A DNA stretch of 64,000 bases from Octopus vulgaris (Eukaryota), in the NCBI GenBank assembly GCA_951406725.2, contig OX597838.1, forward strand, positions 30,628,001 through 30,692,000, written 5' to 3'. Below the pieces are notes generated by a model. It searched no databases. It was not told where the DNA came from and saw only the letters and a list, made by a program, of their open reading frames with translations. Below, one piece after another: positions 38,663 through 48,753 of this stretch. Made by a program: the position numbers and the translations under genes. How positions within the stretch are numbered: position 1 is the stretch's first letter; each line of letters begins with the position of its first letter.

Positions 38663-39797
38663 CTGTCAACAACCGTTAAAGGGTGGGCTAGGGATGCCTT
38701 GGCTGATGATGCGCAGACATGCGCTGAGGTTAAGACATCTGTGGCTCTACCTGGATGGTGAACGGGTGTGGTCTTCGCTAGCAAAACTGATGTTTCCCAA
38801 GTTCACTAGTTTCGGTGGATGGGAAACCTGGCTGAATCGTAGATCGAAACTTGGTACTTGGTACACGGAGTGTCGCAAGGCTCTCCTGCTATTCCGTCGC
38901 TCGGGCAACGCCTGCGGTGGGGGTTCCACCACTTTCTTCTATAGAGGGTTGGTAGAGGCGGAATGTGAAGATACCTTGGGGGAAACCCTAGGTCTCGACG
39001 ATAATCAGCTGGCCAGTCTGTTCCGACGTACGTTCGAGCCAAGGACACTGGACAACTTCCAGAAGTCTCTGGCATGGCAATGCTACAGAGGAGCTCTACC
39101 TGTTCGGGATAAACTCGCAAGGCACGGTGGCCAAGACAGTCCGATATGTCCAAGATGCGGGCGGGATAGGGAAACCGTCCCGCACGCAATTGTTCATTGT
39201 CCGGACGTGTCTGAGGTGTGGGTTTATGCCGAACACCTGTTGTCAGGTACACGAAGAGTACAGCTGTCGACTGAGTCGATTACAAAAATTGACCCACCGG
39301 ATTTCCTCGTGAATGAAGGTAAGTTTCGTTTTCTTGTTGTAGTAGCAATCGCGAAAGAGGTGATATGGAAGACGAGAATGAAAGGTTTACAGTCAGGCAA
39401 GTTCATCTCCGGCCCTGGTTTGATGAATTATTTCATCTTTCACCTGAAAAGGAAGATAGGGCTGGAGAGAATATGCCTGACTAGGAGAGCGTATGAAGAA
39501 CGATGGAAGGATGTAGCACGGAAGTTGCGAATGAAAGTTACAACATAAATGTAATACCAAGTGCAACCAAAAGTATCAGTGGGGAGGCGGGGCTCGTGGG
39601 GTCCGAGCTAAACCCGCACCCACTCCACCCGTAATGTCTTCCGGTCTGTCCTATCACTCGATTTTTGTCCATTTATTGTTATTCATGAAAATTTTTAAAC
39701 CCGATTTATTGTAAAAACCCATTCGTTTGTCTGACCCCATCATCAGAATGTATTGTCCCATCTGTGTTCGCCCCTTGTGGGTAATAATAAAACAACA
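38663..39797 (+). mobile_element. 5'-truncated Tx1/L1-clade non-LTR retrotransposon (3' 1.1 kb)
   Basis: Near-identical to 43486-44620; encodes the C-terminal CPRC..H..HC zinc finger; 3' UTR ends AATAATAAAACAACA. Confidence 0.9.
38694..39548 (+). pseudogene. C-terminal ORF2 fragment (zf-RVT-like domain)
   Basis: 284-aa ORF identical to the C terminus of 43187-44371. Confidence 0.8.
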
Positions 39798-40089
39798 TGG
39801 CCCCGTGGTTAGAGCAGCGGACTCGTGGTCGAGGAATCGCGGATTCGAATCTCAGACCGGGTGATGTGTGTGTTTATGAGCGAAACACCTAAGCTCCACG
39901 CGGCTCCGGCAGAAGGTAATGGCGAACTTCTGCTGACTCTTTCGCCACAACTTTCTCTCACTCTTTCCTCCTGCATCTTGCAGCTCACCTGCGACGGACC
40001 GGCGTCCCGTCCAGGTGGGGAACCTATACGCCAAGGAAACCGGGAAACCGGCCCTTATGTGCCAGGGATGGCTCGAGAAGGAACAAACA
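39798..40089 (+). mobile_element. tRNA-derived SINE (a different family), head truncated at the A box
   Basis: A box TGGCCCCGTGG, B box GGATTCGAATC, GC-rich body, AACA tail. Confidence 0.75.
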
Positions 40090-40292
40090 GTATATATAAA
40101 CAGATTCAATCGAGTACTGAAATCGATAACGCTGGTGTGATGAGTCTAGAGCCTTCCACCCCTTATTATATAATAGATCCGTCCATTGTTATATAGTTCG
40201 ATCTCCAGTTATGAAGACTCCCGATCGAATTCACTTATGTATCAAACAACTTGATTATGATAAGAAAAATATTTGCTCTTATTTCAGTGTGT

Positions 40293-40365
40293 GGTTCCAT
40301 GGTGTAGTGGTTATCACATCTGCTTTACACGCAGAAGGTCGTGAGTTCGAAACTCGCTGGAACCT
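40293..40365 (+). tRNA. tRNA-Val(TAC)
   Basis: Consensus body. Confidence 0.93.
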
Positions 40366-41049
40366 AACTTTTATTTTTCACTTCTGGGTATTATAATTTT
40401 AGAAAGAATGGTCAAACATATTTCAAAGTAGAATTGAAACATCGTCAACAAAATGATCCAGCATGGCCATAGTCAAATGACTGAAACAAATAAGAGAATA
40501 AATAAGAATAATAATGAATCAATCGTACTTCGAACTCTTGATCTTCTCAGTATGAAGCAGATATGAGGGCCACGGGACCCCGATGCGCCAGCTGTGTATA
40601 TATCTTCAGTAGGAATTGTCTCTAACCAGAAATTTTAGAGTGACAGTCTAAATATATGTGTTTAGTTGTGTCCCTCGGTTGTTAAGTTAATATATAGTTT
40701 AACCCCTAGTCACCAAAGCAAAAAAATAACTGTCTAATAGGTGTAAAGAAAATGTGTAAAAAACGAATATGAAAACAAAAATTTGCGCAAACGAATGGGG
40801 AACGGGTGGGGAGAGGACTTTTGGAAAATTCACACGATCAGGTATTTTCCCTCATAACTTTCAGGAAAATGGATACCTTTTAGTGAAATTTTACAGAAGC
40901 ACCTCTCAAACACTACAGATTACGATTCCTTCTTCTTCTCTCTCGTTCTCGAGTATAAAAGAAATGAAGAAGAGAAAGCGGATGGAAAGCCACAGAGCAT
41001 TTTCTTCAACAAGCTAACGATTCTACCAGTTCACCGCTTTACAGTCCTG

Positions 41050-41775
41050 CATGATATCAGGTCGCGTAATTTAGATGTTATTGTTGCTACAGAAACCCGG
41101 CTAGAGGGGCCAAGAGGTCTACTCCCGCTGTTTGACGGCTACGAGAGTTTTTTCTCTCCTGGCAGTCCTACAGGCGGGAGTGGGGTGTTGGTCCTATTAA
41201 AAAGAAACCGGGTTTCTGAGAAAAAGTTAATTTTTGCAGATCCAGAAGGTAGGCTGGTCGTCATGGATTTGACGTTCAGTAATGGTAAAGTTATCAGACT
41301 GGTTGCAATTTACGCACCCAACCATACAGGGCAAAGTGATTATTTTCGTGAACTAGAAAACTTTCTTGGTACTTCGCATTCATTAGTGGTGCTAGGAGAC
41401 TTTAACACAATTTGCAAAGCGGATGTAGATTATGTTGGCTCGTGTCCAGATAGAAAAGGCAACAGTGGCTTCATGGAACTGCTAAGCCGCTTTGAGCTAG
41501 CAGATCCTTATAGGCTGGAATTTCCGAACGCTCCATTGTGGACATGGTCAAACAGCGACGGATCTTCCAGGTCGTATCTAGATAGAATACTAATTAGAAA
41601 AGTAGACAGTAAAATAGCTAAGTGTCCACAGTTTTACCCGATCAGCTACAGTGATCATAAAATGGTCACTTGTAAGCTTGACATAGATAAGGTTAAAAAT
41701 AGAGGATCCGGTTACTGGAAACTTAATACGTCCTTTTGGCGATTAAGGAGTACAAAGACCGGATTAGGAATATAA
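41050..41775 (+). CDS. ORF2 part 1: AP-like endonuclease (N terminus truncated; frameshift near 41735)
   Basis: Frame is open upstream of the listed start (HDIRSRNLDVIVATETR) and contains GDFN, YLDR and SDH motifs. Confidence 0.8.
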   Translation, partial: HDIRSRNLDVIVATETRLEGPRGLLPLFDGYESFFSPGSPTGGSGVLVLLKRNRVSEKKLIFADPEGRLVVMDLTFSNGKVIRLVAIYAPNHTGQSDYFRELENFLGTSHSLVVLGDFNTICKADVDYVGSCPDRKGNSGFMELLSRFELADPYRLEFPNAPLWTWSNSDGSSRSYLDRILIRKVDSKIAKCPQFYPISYSDHKMVTCKLDIDKVKNRGSGYWKLNTSFWRLRSTKTGLGI

Positions 41776-43223
41776 TTCAGAGGGCACTATCTGGTACCAT
41801 CATTAATAACAAATGGTGGTACGCCCTCAAACGAGCCATCAAGTTTGAGTCTATTAGATATAGCATAGGAGTAGTGGCTAGAGAGGCTAGAAGGGAAACT
41901 ACTCTAGTTAAGGAATTAGAGGAAGCCATGAAAACTGGCTCTGCGGCTCAGGTGGCGGCCAAGAGACTGGTGTTAAACCAGCACCTCGAGGCCAAACACA
42001 TGGGCTGCATTGTCAGGGCTAGAATCCGTCATATGGGATGTGAAGGAATCAACGCCGTGAGATGGGCCCGAGTGGTGGAAGCTCAGCATGGTAACGATGC
42101 CACGATTCGATCTTTGACGAACCAACAAGGTGAGTTGATAAACGAACCCGAGGAGATGTGTGAGGCCTTTCAGGAGCACTTCGCTCAGCTTTTCGGTGAG
42201 TGCGGCGGACTGGATAGGAGGAGGGCCTTTACGGACCTACTCGACGGTCTGCCGCGCTTATCGGGGCGAGATGCGGAGGGCTGTGAAGGGCCAATCACGC
42301 CTGAGGAGGTGGTTGAGGCAATGGCGGACTGCGGCGCGGGCAAGGCGCCGGGTTTGGATGGTCTACCCTATGAGTTATATAAGAGTATGCCAGACTTGTT
42401 CGGGCACCTACTGGCGGAGGTCTACGCGAACTGGCAGCAGAACGGGCTTATACCCAGATCTGTGCGCCGGGGAGTAGTGACTCTCGTCAGAAAGGACCCG
42501 AGCAAGGGGGAGTGCATTGATAATTTCAGGCCCATCACTCTGCTAAACACAGAGTTGAAGATTTTGGCCAAAGTGTTATCGAAAAGATTGGCGCGTGTCG
42601 CGGATGGTCTGATCGGAGGGGCACAGACATGTGCCGTTCCGGGCAGATCCATTCAGGATAATCTCCATCTAATGCGGTACACTATAGAGGGGTTTAATAG
42701 TGATTCTGGCAAGGGTGGGGCACTGGTCCATTTAGACCAATCTAAAGCTTTTGATAGGGTCGACCATCGTTACCTGGTATCTGCCCTGGCACAGTTCGGG
42801 CTGAGCCTTGGATTCCTCAGGTGGATTATCGAAATTTATGATAACATCGACTCGGTAGTTCGGGTGAACGGCTTCTTGTCGAAGCCGTTCAAAATCAAAC
42901 GCTCGGTTCGTCAAGGGTGTCCGCTCTCCCCGCTTTTGTACGTGATGGCTCTTGAGCCATTACTGCGAAAACTGAGCGGCATCCCGAGACAGCCAGGTAA
43001 TGGAAAATCAGTGTCAGCGTACGCGGATGACATCACCATCATCGTAACCGAAATGGACCACCTATGTAAAGTAGGCAAGGCCATAGAGGTGTACGAGACG
43101 GTGACAGGAGCAAAAGTTAATCGCGAAAAGTCAGTCGGCTTGCAACTCGGCACCTGGAGAGGCAAGTCGATGCCTCTGACAGCGTCGTGGGACGTTGGAC
43201 GGAGGGTCCGATTAAACTGCTAG
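41736..43223 (+). CDS. ORF2 part 2: reverse transcriptase (frameshift near 43175)
   Basis: KAPGLDG, FRPITLLN, GRSIQDN, LDQSKAFDRV, QGCPLSP, YADD. Confidence 0.9.
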   Translation: MAIKEYKDRIRNIIQRALSGTIINNKWWYALKRAIKFESIRYSIGVVAREARRETTLVKELEEAMKTGSAAQVAAKRLVLNQHLEAKHMGCIVRARIRHMGCEGINAVRWARVVEAQHGNDATIRSLTNQQGELINEPEEMCEAFQEHFAQLFGECGGLDRRRAFTDLLDGLPRLSGRDAEGCEGPITPEEVVEAMADCGAGKAPGLDGLPYELYKSMPDLFGHLLAEVYANWQQNGLIPRSVRRGVVTLVRKDPSKGECIDNFRPITLLNTELKILAKVLSKRLARVADGLIGGAQTCAVPGRSIQDNLHLMRYTIEGFNSDSGKGGALVHLDQSKAFDRVDHRYLVSALAQFGLSLGFLRWIIEIYDNIDSVVRVNGFLSKPFKIKRSVRQGCPLSPLLYVMALEPLLRKLSGIPRQPGNGKSVSAYADDITIIVTEMDHLCKVGKAIEVYETVTGAKVNREKSVGLQLGTWRGKSMPLTASWDVGRRVRLNC

Positions 43224-44371
43224 GGGTCTGGTTCGGTCCAGACCTCCAAATAGAGAAGAATTGGGGCGAGGTAACGAGCAAGGTGGCTGCAGTAGCCAAG
43301 ACCTGGTCTTGGCGGTGGCTATCCCTGAAAGGGAGGGCGGAGGTGGCCAATGTGTTTATCGCATCGGTTATCACCTACCGCCTTTCCGTCGTTCCTTGCC
43401 CTGATTCGTGGTTGATCAAGTTGGAAAGACAGCTCTTCTACTTCTTGTGGAAGGGCGGGAAACCACTTGTGAAACGCTCTACTTGCTGTCAACAACCGTT
43501 AAAGGGTGGGCTAGGGATGCCTTGGCTGATGATGCGCAGACATGCGCTGAGGTTAAGACATCTGTGGCTCTACCTGGATGGTGAACGGGTGTGGTCTTCG
43601 CTAGCAAAACTGATGTTTCCCAAGTTCACTAGTTTCGGTGGATGGGAAACCTGGCTGAATCGTAGATCGAAACTTGGTACTTGGTACACGGAGTGTCGCA
43701 AGGCTCTCCTGCTATTCCGTCGCTCGGGCAACGCCTGCGGTGGGGGTTCCACCACTTTCTTCTATAGAGGGTTGGTAGAGGCGGAATGTGAAGATACCTT
43801 GGGGGAAACCCTAGGTCTCGACGATAATCAGCTGGCCAGTCTGTTCCGACGTACGTTCGAGCCAAGGACACTGGACAACTTCCAGAAGTCTCTGGCATGG
43901 CAATGCTACAGAGGAGCTCTACCTGTTCGGGATAAACTCGCAAGGCACGGTGGCCAAGACAGTCCGATATGTCCAAGATGCGGGCGGGATAGGGAAACCG
44001 TCCCGCACGCGATTGTTCATTGTCCGGACGTGTCTGAGGTGTGGGTTTATGCCGAACACCTGTTGTCAGGTACACGAAGAGTACAGCTGTCGACTGAGTC
44101 GATTACAAAAATTGACCCACCGGATTTCCTCGTGAATGAAGGTAAGTTTCGTTTTCTCGTTGTAGTAGCAATCGCGAAAGAGGTGATATGGAAGACGAGA
44201 ATGAAAGGTTTACAGTCAGGCAAGTTCATCTCCGGCCCTGGTTTGATGAATTATTTCATCTTTCACCTGAAAAGGAAGATAGGGCTGGAGAGAATATGCC
44301 TGACTAGGAGAGCGTATGAAGAACGATGGAAGGATGTAGCACGGAAGTTGCGAATGAAAGTTACAACATAA
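43187..44371 (+). CDS. ORF2 part 3: RT thumb and C-terminal zinc finger
   Basis: KLLGV, LSLKGR, GGLG, CPRCGRDRETVPHAIVHC. Confidence 0.85.
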   Translation: MGRWTEGPIKLLGVWFGPDLQIEKNWGEVTSKVAAVAKTWSWRWLSLKGRAEVANVFIASVITYRLSVVPCPDSWLIKLERQLFYFLWKGGKPLVKRSTCCQQPLKGGLGMPWLMMRRHALRLRHLWLYLDGERVWSSLAKLMFPKFTSFGGWETWLNRRSKLGTWYTECRKALLLFRRSGNACGGGSTTFFYRGLVEAECEDTLGETLGLDDNQLASLFRRTFEPRTLDNFQKSLAWQCYRGALPVRDKLARHGGQDSPICPRCGRDRETVPHAIVHCPDVSEVWVYAEHLLSGTRRVQLSTESITKIDPPDFLVNEGKFRFLVVVAIAKEVIWKTRMKGLQSGKFISGPGLMNYFIFHLKRKIGLERICLTRRAYEERWKDVARKLRMKVTT

Positions 44372-44620
44372 ATGTAATACCAAGTGCAACCAAAAGTATC
44401 AGTGGGGAGGCGGGGCTCGTGGGGTCCGAGCTAAACCCGCACCCACTCCACCCGTAATGTCTTCCGGTCTGTCCTATCACTCGATTTTTGTCCATTTATT
44501 GTTATTCATGAAAATTTTTAAACCCGATTTATTGTAAAAACCCATTCGTTTGTCTGACCCCATCATCAGAATGTATTGTCCCATCTGTGTTCGCCCCTTG
44601 TGGGTAATAATAAAACAACA

Positions 44621-44912
44621 TGGCCCCGTGGTTAGAGCAGCGGACTCGTGGTCGAGGAATCGCGGATTCGAATCTCAGACCGGGTGATGTGTGTGTTTAT
44701 GAGCGAAACACCTAAGCTCCAAGCGGCTCCGGCAGAAGGTTATGGCGAACTTCTGCTGACTCTTTCGCCACAACTTTCTCTCACTCTTTCCTCCTGCATC
44801 TTGCAGCTCACCTGCGACGGACCGGCGTCCCGTCCAGGTGGGGAACCTATACGCCAAGGAAACCGGGAAACCGGCCCTTATGTGCCAGGGATGGCTCGAG
44901 AAGGAACAAACA
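44621..44912 (+). mobile_element. tRNA-derived SINE (copy of 39798-40089)
   Basis: Near-identical duplicate. Confidence 0.75.
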
Positions 44913-45115
44913 GTATATATAAACAGATTCAATCGAGTACTGAAATCGATAACGCTGGTGTGATGAGTCTAGAGCCTTCCACCCCTTATTATATAATAGA
45001 TCCGTCCATTGTTATATAGTTCGATCTCCAGTTATGAAGACTCCCGATCGAATTCACTTATGTATCATACAACTTGATTATGATAAGAAAAATATTTGCT
45101 CTTATTTCAGTGTGT

Positions 45116-45188
45116 GGTTCCATGGTGTAGTGGTTATCACATCTGCTTTACACGCAGAAGGTCGTGAGTTCGAAACTCGCTGGAACCT
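45116..45188 (+). tRNA. tRNA-Val(TAC)
   Basis: Consensus body. Confidence 0.93.
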
Positions 45189-45924
45189 AACTTTTATTTT
45201 TCACTTCAGGGTATTATAATTTTAGAAAGAATGGTCAAACATATTTCAAAGTAGAATTGAAACATCGTCAACAAAATGATCCAGCATGGCCATAGTCAAA
45301 TGACTGAAACAAATAAGAGAATAAATAAGAATAATAATGAATCAATCGTACTTCGAACTCTTGATCTTCTGAGTATGAAGCAGATATGAGGGCCACGGGA
45401 CCCCGATGCGCCAGCTGTGTATATATCTTCAGTAGGAATTGTCTCTAACCAGAAATTTTAGAGTGACAGTCTAAATATATGTGTTTAGTTGTGTCCCTCG
45501 GTTGTTAAGTTAATATATAGTTTAACCCCTAGTCACCAAAGCAAAAAAAGAAACTGTCTAATAGGTGTAAAGAAAATGTGTAAAAAACGAATATGAAAAC
45601 AAAAATTTGCGCAAACGAATGGGGAACGGGTGGGGAGAGGACTTTTGGAAAATTCACACGATCAGGTTTTTTCCCTCATAACTTTCAGGAAAATGGATAC
45701 CTTTTAGTGAAATTTTACAGAAGCACCTTTCAAACACTACAGATTACGATTCGTTCTTCTTCTCTCTCGTTCTCGAGTATAAAAGAAATGAAGAAGAGAA
45801 AGCGGATGGAAAGCCACAGAGCATTTTCTTCAACAAGCTAACGATTCTACCAGTTCACCGCTTTACAGTCCTACAGGATGGTTACGTTAAAAAAGAAGCA
45901 AACGAAGGCAAAAAAATAAAACTT

Positions 45925-45997
45925 AGGCTCCAGCGAGTTTCGAACTCACGACCTTCTGCGTGTTAAGCAGATGTGATAACCACTACACCATGGAACC
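45925..45997 (-). tRNA. tRNA-Val(AAC)
   Basis: Full length; A70G gives a U:G pair. Confidence 0.85.
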
Positions 45998-46520
45998 AGA
46001 CGACAGAACTTCCTAAAATATTGCTTTATCATACAGTTGTTTTTAATACAGAGATTAACGTTGAGTTACTTTCAAATTACAGCGGAGTATCAGAATCGAT
46101 ACGTTAACAAGAAATGTTTCTTTCTCGACAGGGTTTCGAATCCTACTAGATTCCCTCTTTCAAACGTCTATTGTTTCAGAGGTTCATAAAATTATGACTA
46201 GTTCTATTGGTAATTATTGGTTTTCTCAATAGATATTGATCTCGTCTCAGTATTTATCTCTAATATTGTGTCCCTGACAGATATTTCTGAAGAGCGTCCA
46301 ATGGGAAAACTCTGACCACAGTATATTACTGGTATGTATTTTAACATCACTAGAAGGGAAAGACAATCTATTGTTGACCACCAATCATTACTATGATGTT
46401 GCATATTCGGATGTTGTTGTTGTCAACAGAGTTTTTTTCCTTCCAATTGTTGAGGTGTCTAGTGCTTTTCACCCCTCATTATATAATAGAACAGTCCATT
46501 GTTATGTAGTCACCGTAAGT

Positions 46521-46594
46521 GGTTCCATAGTGTAGTGGTTATCACTTCGGTTTTACACACCGATATGGCGGAAGTTCGAAACTCGCCAGAGTCT
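46521..46594 (+). pseudogene. Divergent tRNA-Val(TAC)-like gene
   Basis: Anticodon stem TCGGT/ACCGA; 3' acceptor strand degenerate. Confidence 0.65.
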
Positions 46595-46778
46595 AGCTTC
46601 ATTTTTCTACTCCTGATATTAATAATTTTATAGGTCTAAGTTTTGGCATATTTAGCTTATTATATTTACAGCAGCAATTGTATTTAGAACAACAAAATCA
46701 AGTAAAATATCATTGACAAAAACAACGTCTACCTTTACACAAACAACAAAATAAACTCAGAATCAAAATAGTGAAAAT

Positions 46779-46851
46779 GGATCCAGCGTATTTCGAACTC
46801 GCGATCTTTTTAGTATGAAGCAGATATGGCAACCATTACACAACAGAAATC
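46779..46851 (-). pseudogene. Degenerate tRNA-Val derivative with CAT loop
   Basis: TCTGCTTCATAC, broken anticodon stem, B box retained. Confidence 0.6.
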
Positions 46852-46984
46852 CGATTCACCAGTCGTCTATACATTTTCAATCTTAACCATCTCTACCAAG
46901 AAATTTTAAATTGAAATACTGAATACATTGTTGCGTTTAACGGTGTTCATCGGTTCTTACTTTTGCCATTCTAATCCACTCACC

Positions 46985-47385
46985 TTCTTTTATTCTTTTA
47001 CTTGTTTCAGTCATTTGACTGCGGCCATGCTGCAGCACCACATTTAGTCGAGCAAATCGACCCCAGGACTTATTCTTTGTAAGCCTAGTACTTATTCTAT
47101 CGGTCTCTTTTGCCGCACCGCTAAGTTACGGGGACATAAACACACCAGCACCGGTTGTCAAGCGATGTTGGGGGGGGGACAAACACAGACATACAAACAT
47201 ATACACACATATACATATATACGACGGGCTTCTTTTAGTTTCCGTCAACCAAATCCACTGAAAAGGCTTTGGTCGGCCTGAGGCTATAGTAGAAGATACT
47301 TACCCAAGGTGTCACGCAGTGGGACTGAACCCGGAACCATGTGGTTGGTAAGCAAGCTACTTACCACACAGCCACTCCTACGCCT
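46985..47385 (-). mobile_element. tRNA-derived SINE (octopus-like family, about 400 bp)
   Basis: Reverse complement of 60908-61308. Confidence 0.8.
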
Positions 47386-47487
47386 GCAATAAAAACAACA
47401 ACAAAATGTTTTGAAAACAACAATAACAGTATTTGCAACACCAACAGTTATGGTGGTGGCGAAGAAGCACATAAAAAAATTAGAATT

Positions 47488-47526
47488 AGGTTCCAGCGAG
47501 TTTTGAACTCCAGACACCATGGAACC
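47488..47526 (-). pseudogene. Internally deleted tRNA-Val (acceptor plus T arm only)
   Basis: GGTTCCATGGTGT-CTG-GAGTTCAAAACTCGCTGGAACCT. Confidence 0.7.
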
Positions 47527-47735
47527 AATACAACGTCGAACCACTCGTACACACGTGAAAATATTTTTACAATTTATTTTCTGCTGCGAGAAGTTTTATA
47601 TTGTCAGACTAATTCATAAAATAAGAGCAGCGGTAGCCTCAGTAGCAGCAAAAGAAATAACAGTCATAACAACATCGACAACTTAGACGATACAGTTGGA
47701 AAAAAACAAAAAAAAAAAATGCGTCAAACGTGAAC

Positions 47736-47808
47736 AGGTTCCAGCGAGTTTCGAACTCGCGACCTTCTGCGTGTGAAGCAGACGTGATAACCACTACACC
47801 ATGGAACC
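47736..47808 (-). tRNA. tRNA-Val(CAC)
   Basis: G26/C50 subtype. Confidence 0.92.
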
Positions 47809-48680
47809 ATCTGACAGCCGCACGAATATTTTGCTTATTATATACGAGCTGTTTGTGAAACAGTTCGTTGTTGATTATCTTTAAAAAGGCAGTAATGTAT
47901 AAAAAATGGTAGATTAACAAGAAGTATTTAGTTATATATATTTATAATCGAGGTTTCGAATCCTGCTGGAGTTCACTTTACGTTTAGGGATATAAAAAAT
48001 AATGCCATGTTCTATTGGTTATTACTGATCTTCTCAATAAATATTAATCTTTCTTTTTTTTAATATTTATCTCAATCATTGACACAGGCAGATATTTCTA
48101 AAGAGAATCCCGTGGATAAACTCTAGCCATCGAACCAGATGCTTGAGCGATCTCAAATAATATTTCATCATCGTCAAGTTTTATCTTATACAGAGTTTAA
48201 TGTTTCGTTACATTTCAAAATACAATGGAAGATCAGAAATGGTACTTTAACAGGAAATATGTTTATGCAGGGTTTCGAATCCTACTGGAGTTACCTGTAG
48301 CTTCCATTGTTTCGGGTGTCTATAAAATAAGGACAAGTAAATATTGATCTTCTCTCACTATTACTCTCTAGCATTAACTCAGGAGACAGATATTTATAAA
48401 GAGAGTTCAATGGATAAACTGTAGCCACAGTATATTACTGGTATATATTTTAACATCATTAGAAGAAGAGCAACAAGATCTACAGTTGATCACCCCTCGT
48501 ATTTATGGTAGTTAACGACGTTTTGTGCCAGCTGTTGATATGTTTGGGGTTTTCCACCCTTCATTGTATAATAGAACAGTCCATTCTTATATAGTCAGCT
48601 CTCCCGTTATGAAATCTGTAGACCTGGGTCATAAAATTTGTACGTGATAAAGAAAAAATACTTCCTTAGGAACAGTAAGA

Positions 48681-48753
48681 GGTTCCATGGTGTAGTGGTT
48701 ATCACATCTGCTTTACACGCAGAAGGTCGTGAGTTCGAAACTCACTGGGACCT
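48681..48753 (+). tRNA. tRNA-Val(TAC)
   Basis: Full length; A69G. Confidence 0.88.

Larger units (their letters stand above)
38663..41051 (+). repeat. 2.4 kb direct duplication, copy 1 (pairs with 43486-45875)
   Basis: Offset 4823-4824, only scattered SNPs. Confidence 0.92.
41050..44620 (+). mobile_element. Tx1/L1-clade non-LTR retrotransposon, 5'-truncated inside the endonuclease (no ORF1)
   Basis: APE motifs (DVIVATET, IYAP, LGDFN, SYLDRI, SDH), YWKLN linker, RT motifs, C-terminal zinc finger, 3' UTR; GC much higher than flanks. Confidence 0.93.
43486..45875 (+). repeat. 2.4 kb direct duplication, copy 2
   Basis: Pairs with 38663-41051. Confidence 0.92.

Noticed and set aside
39825-40196. 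123-aa ORF downstream of the LINE as an extra element gene
   Set aside because: It spans a SINE and spacer DNA, has a non-ATG start and no recognisable domain.
41736-43223. Bacterial RT system (retron, DGR, group II intron) with the tRNA array as its ncRNA
   Set aside because: The RT lies between an APE endonuclease and a zinc finger with a 3' UTR and 5' truncation, which is standard non-LTR retrotransposon structure.
41973-44229. Antisense and alternate-frame ORFs within the LINE
   Set aside because: They are shadows of the GC-richer ORF2 with no motifs of their own.
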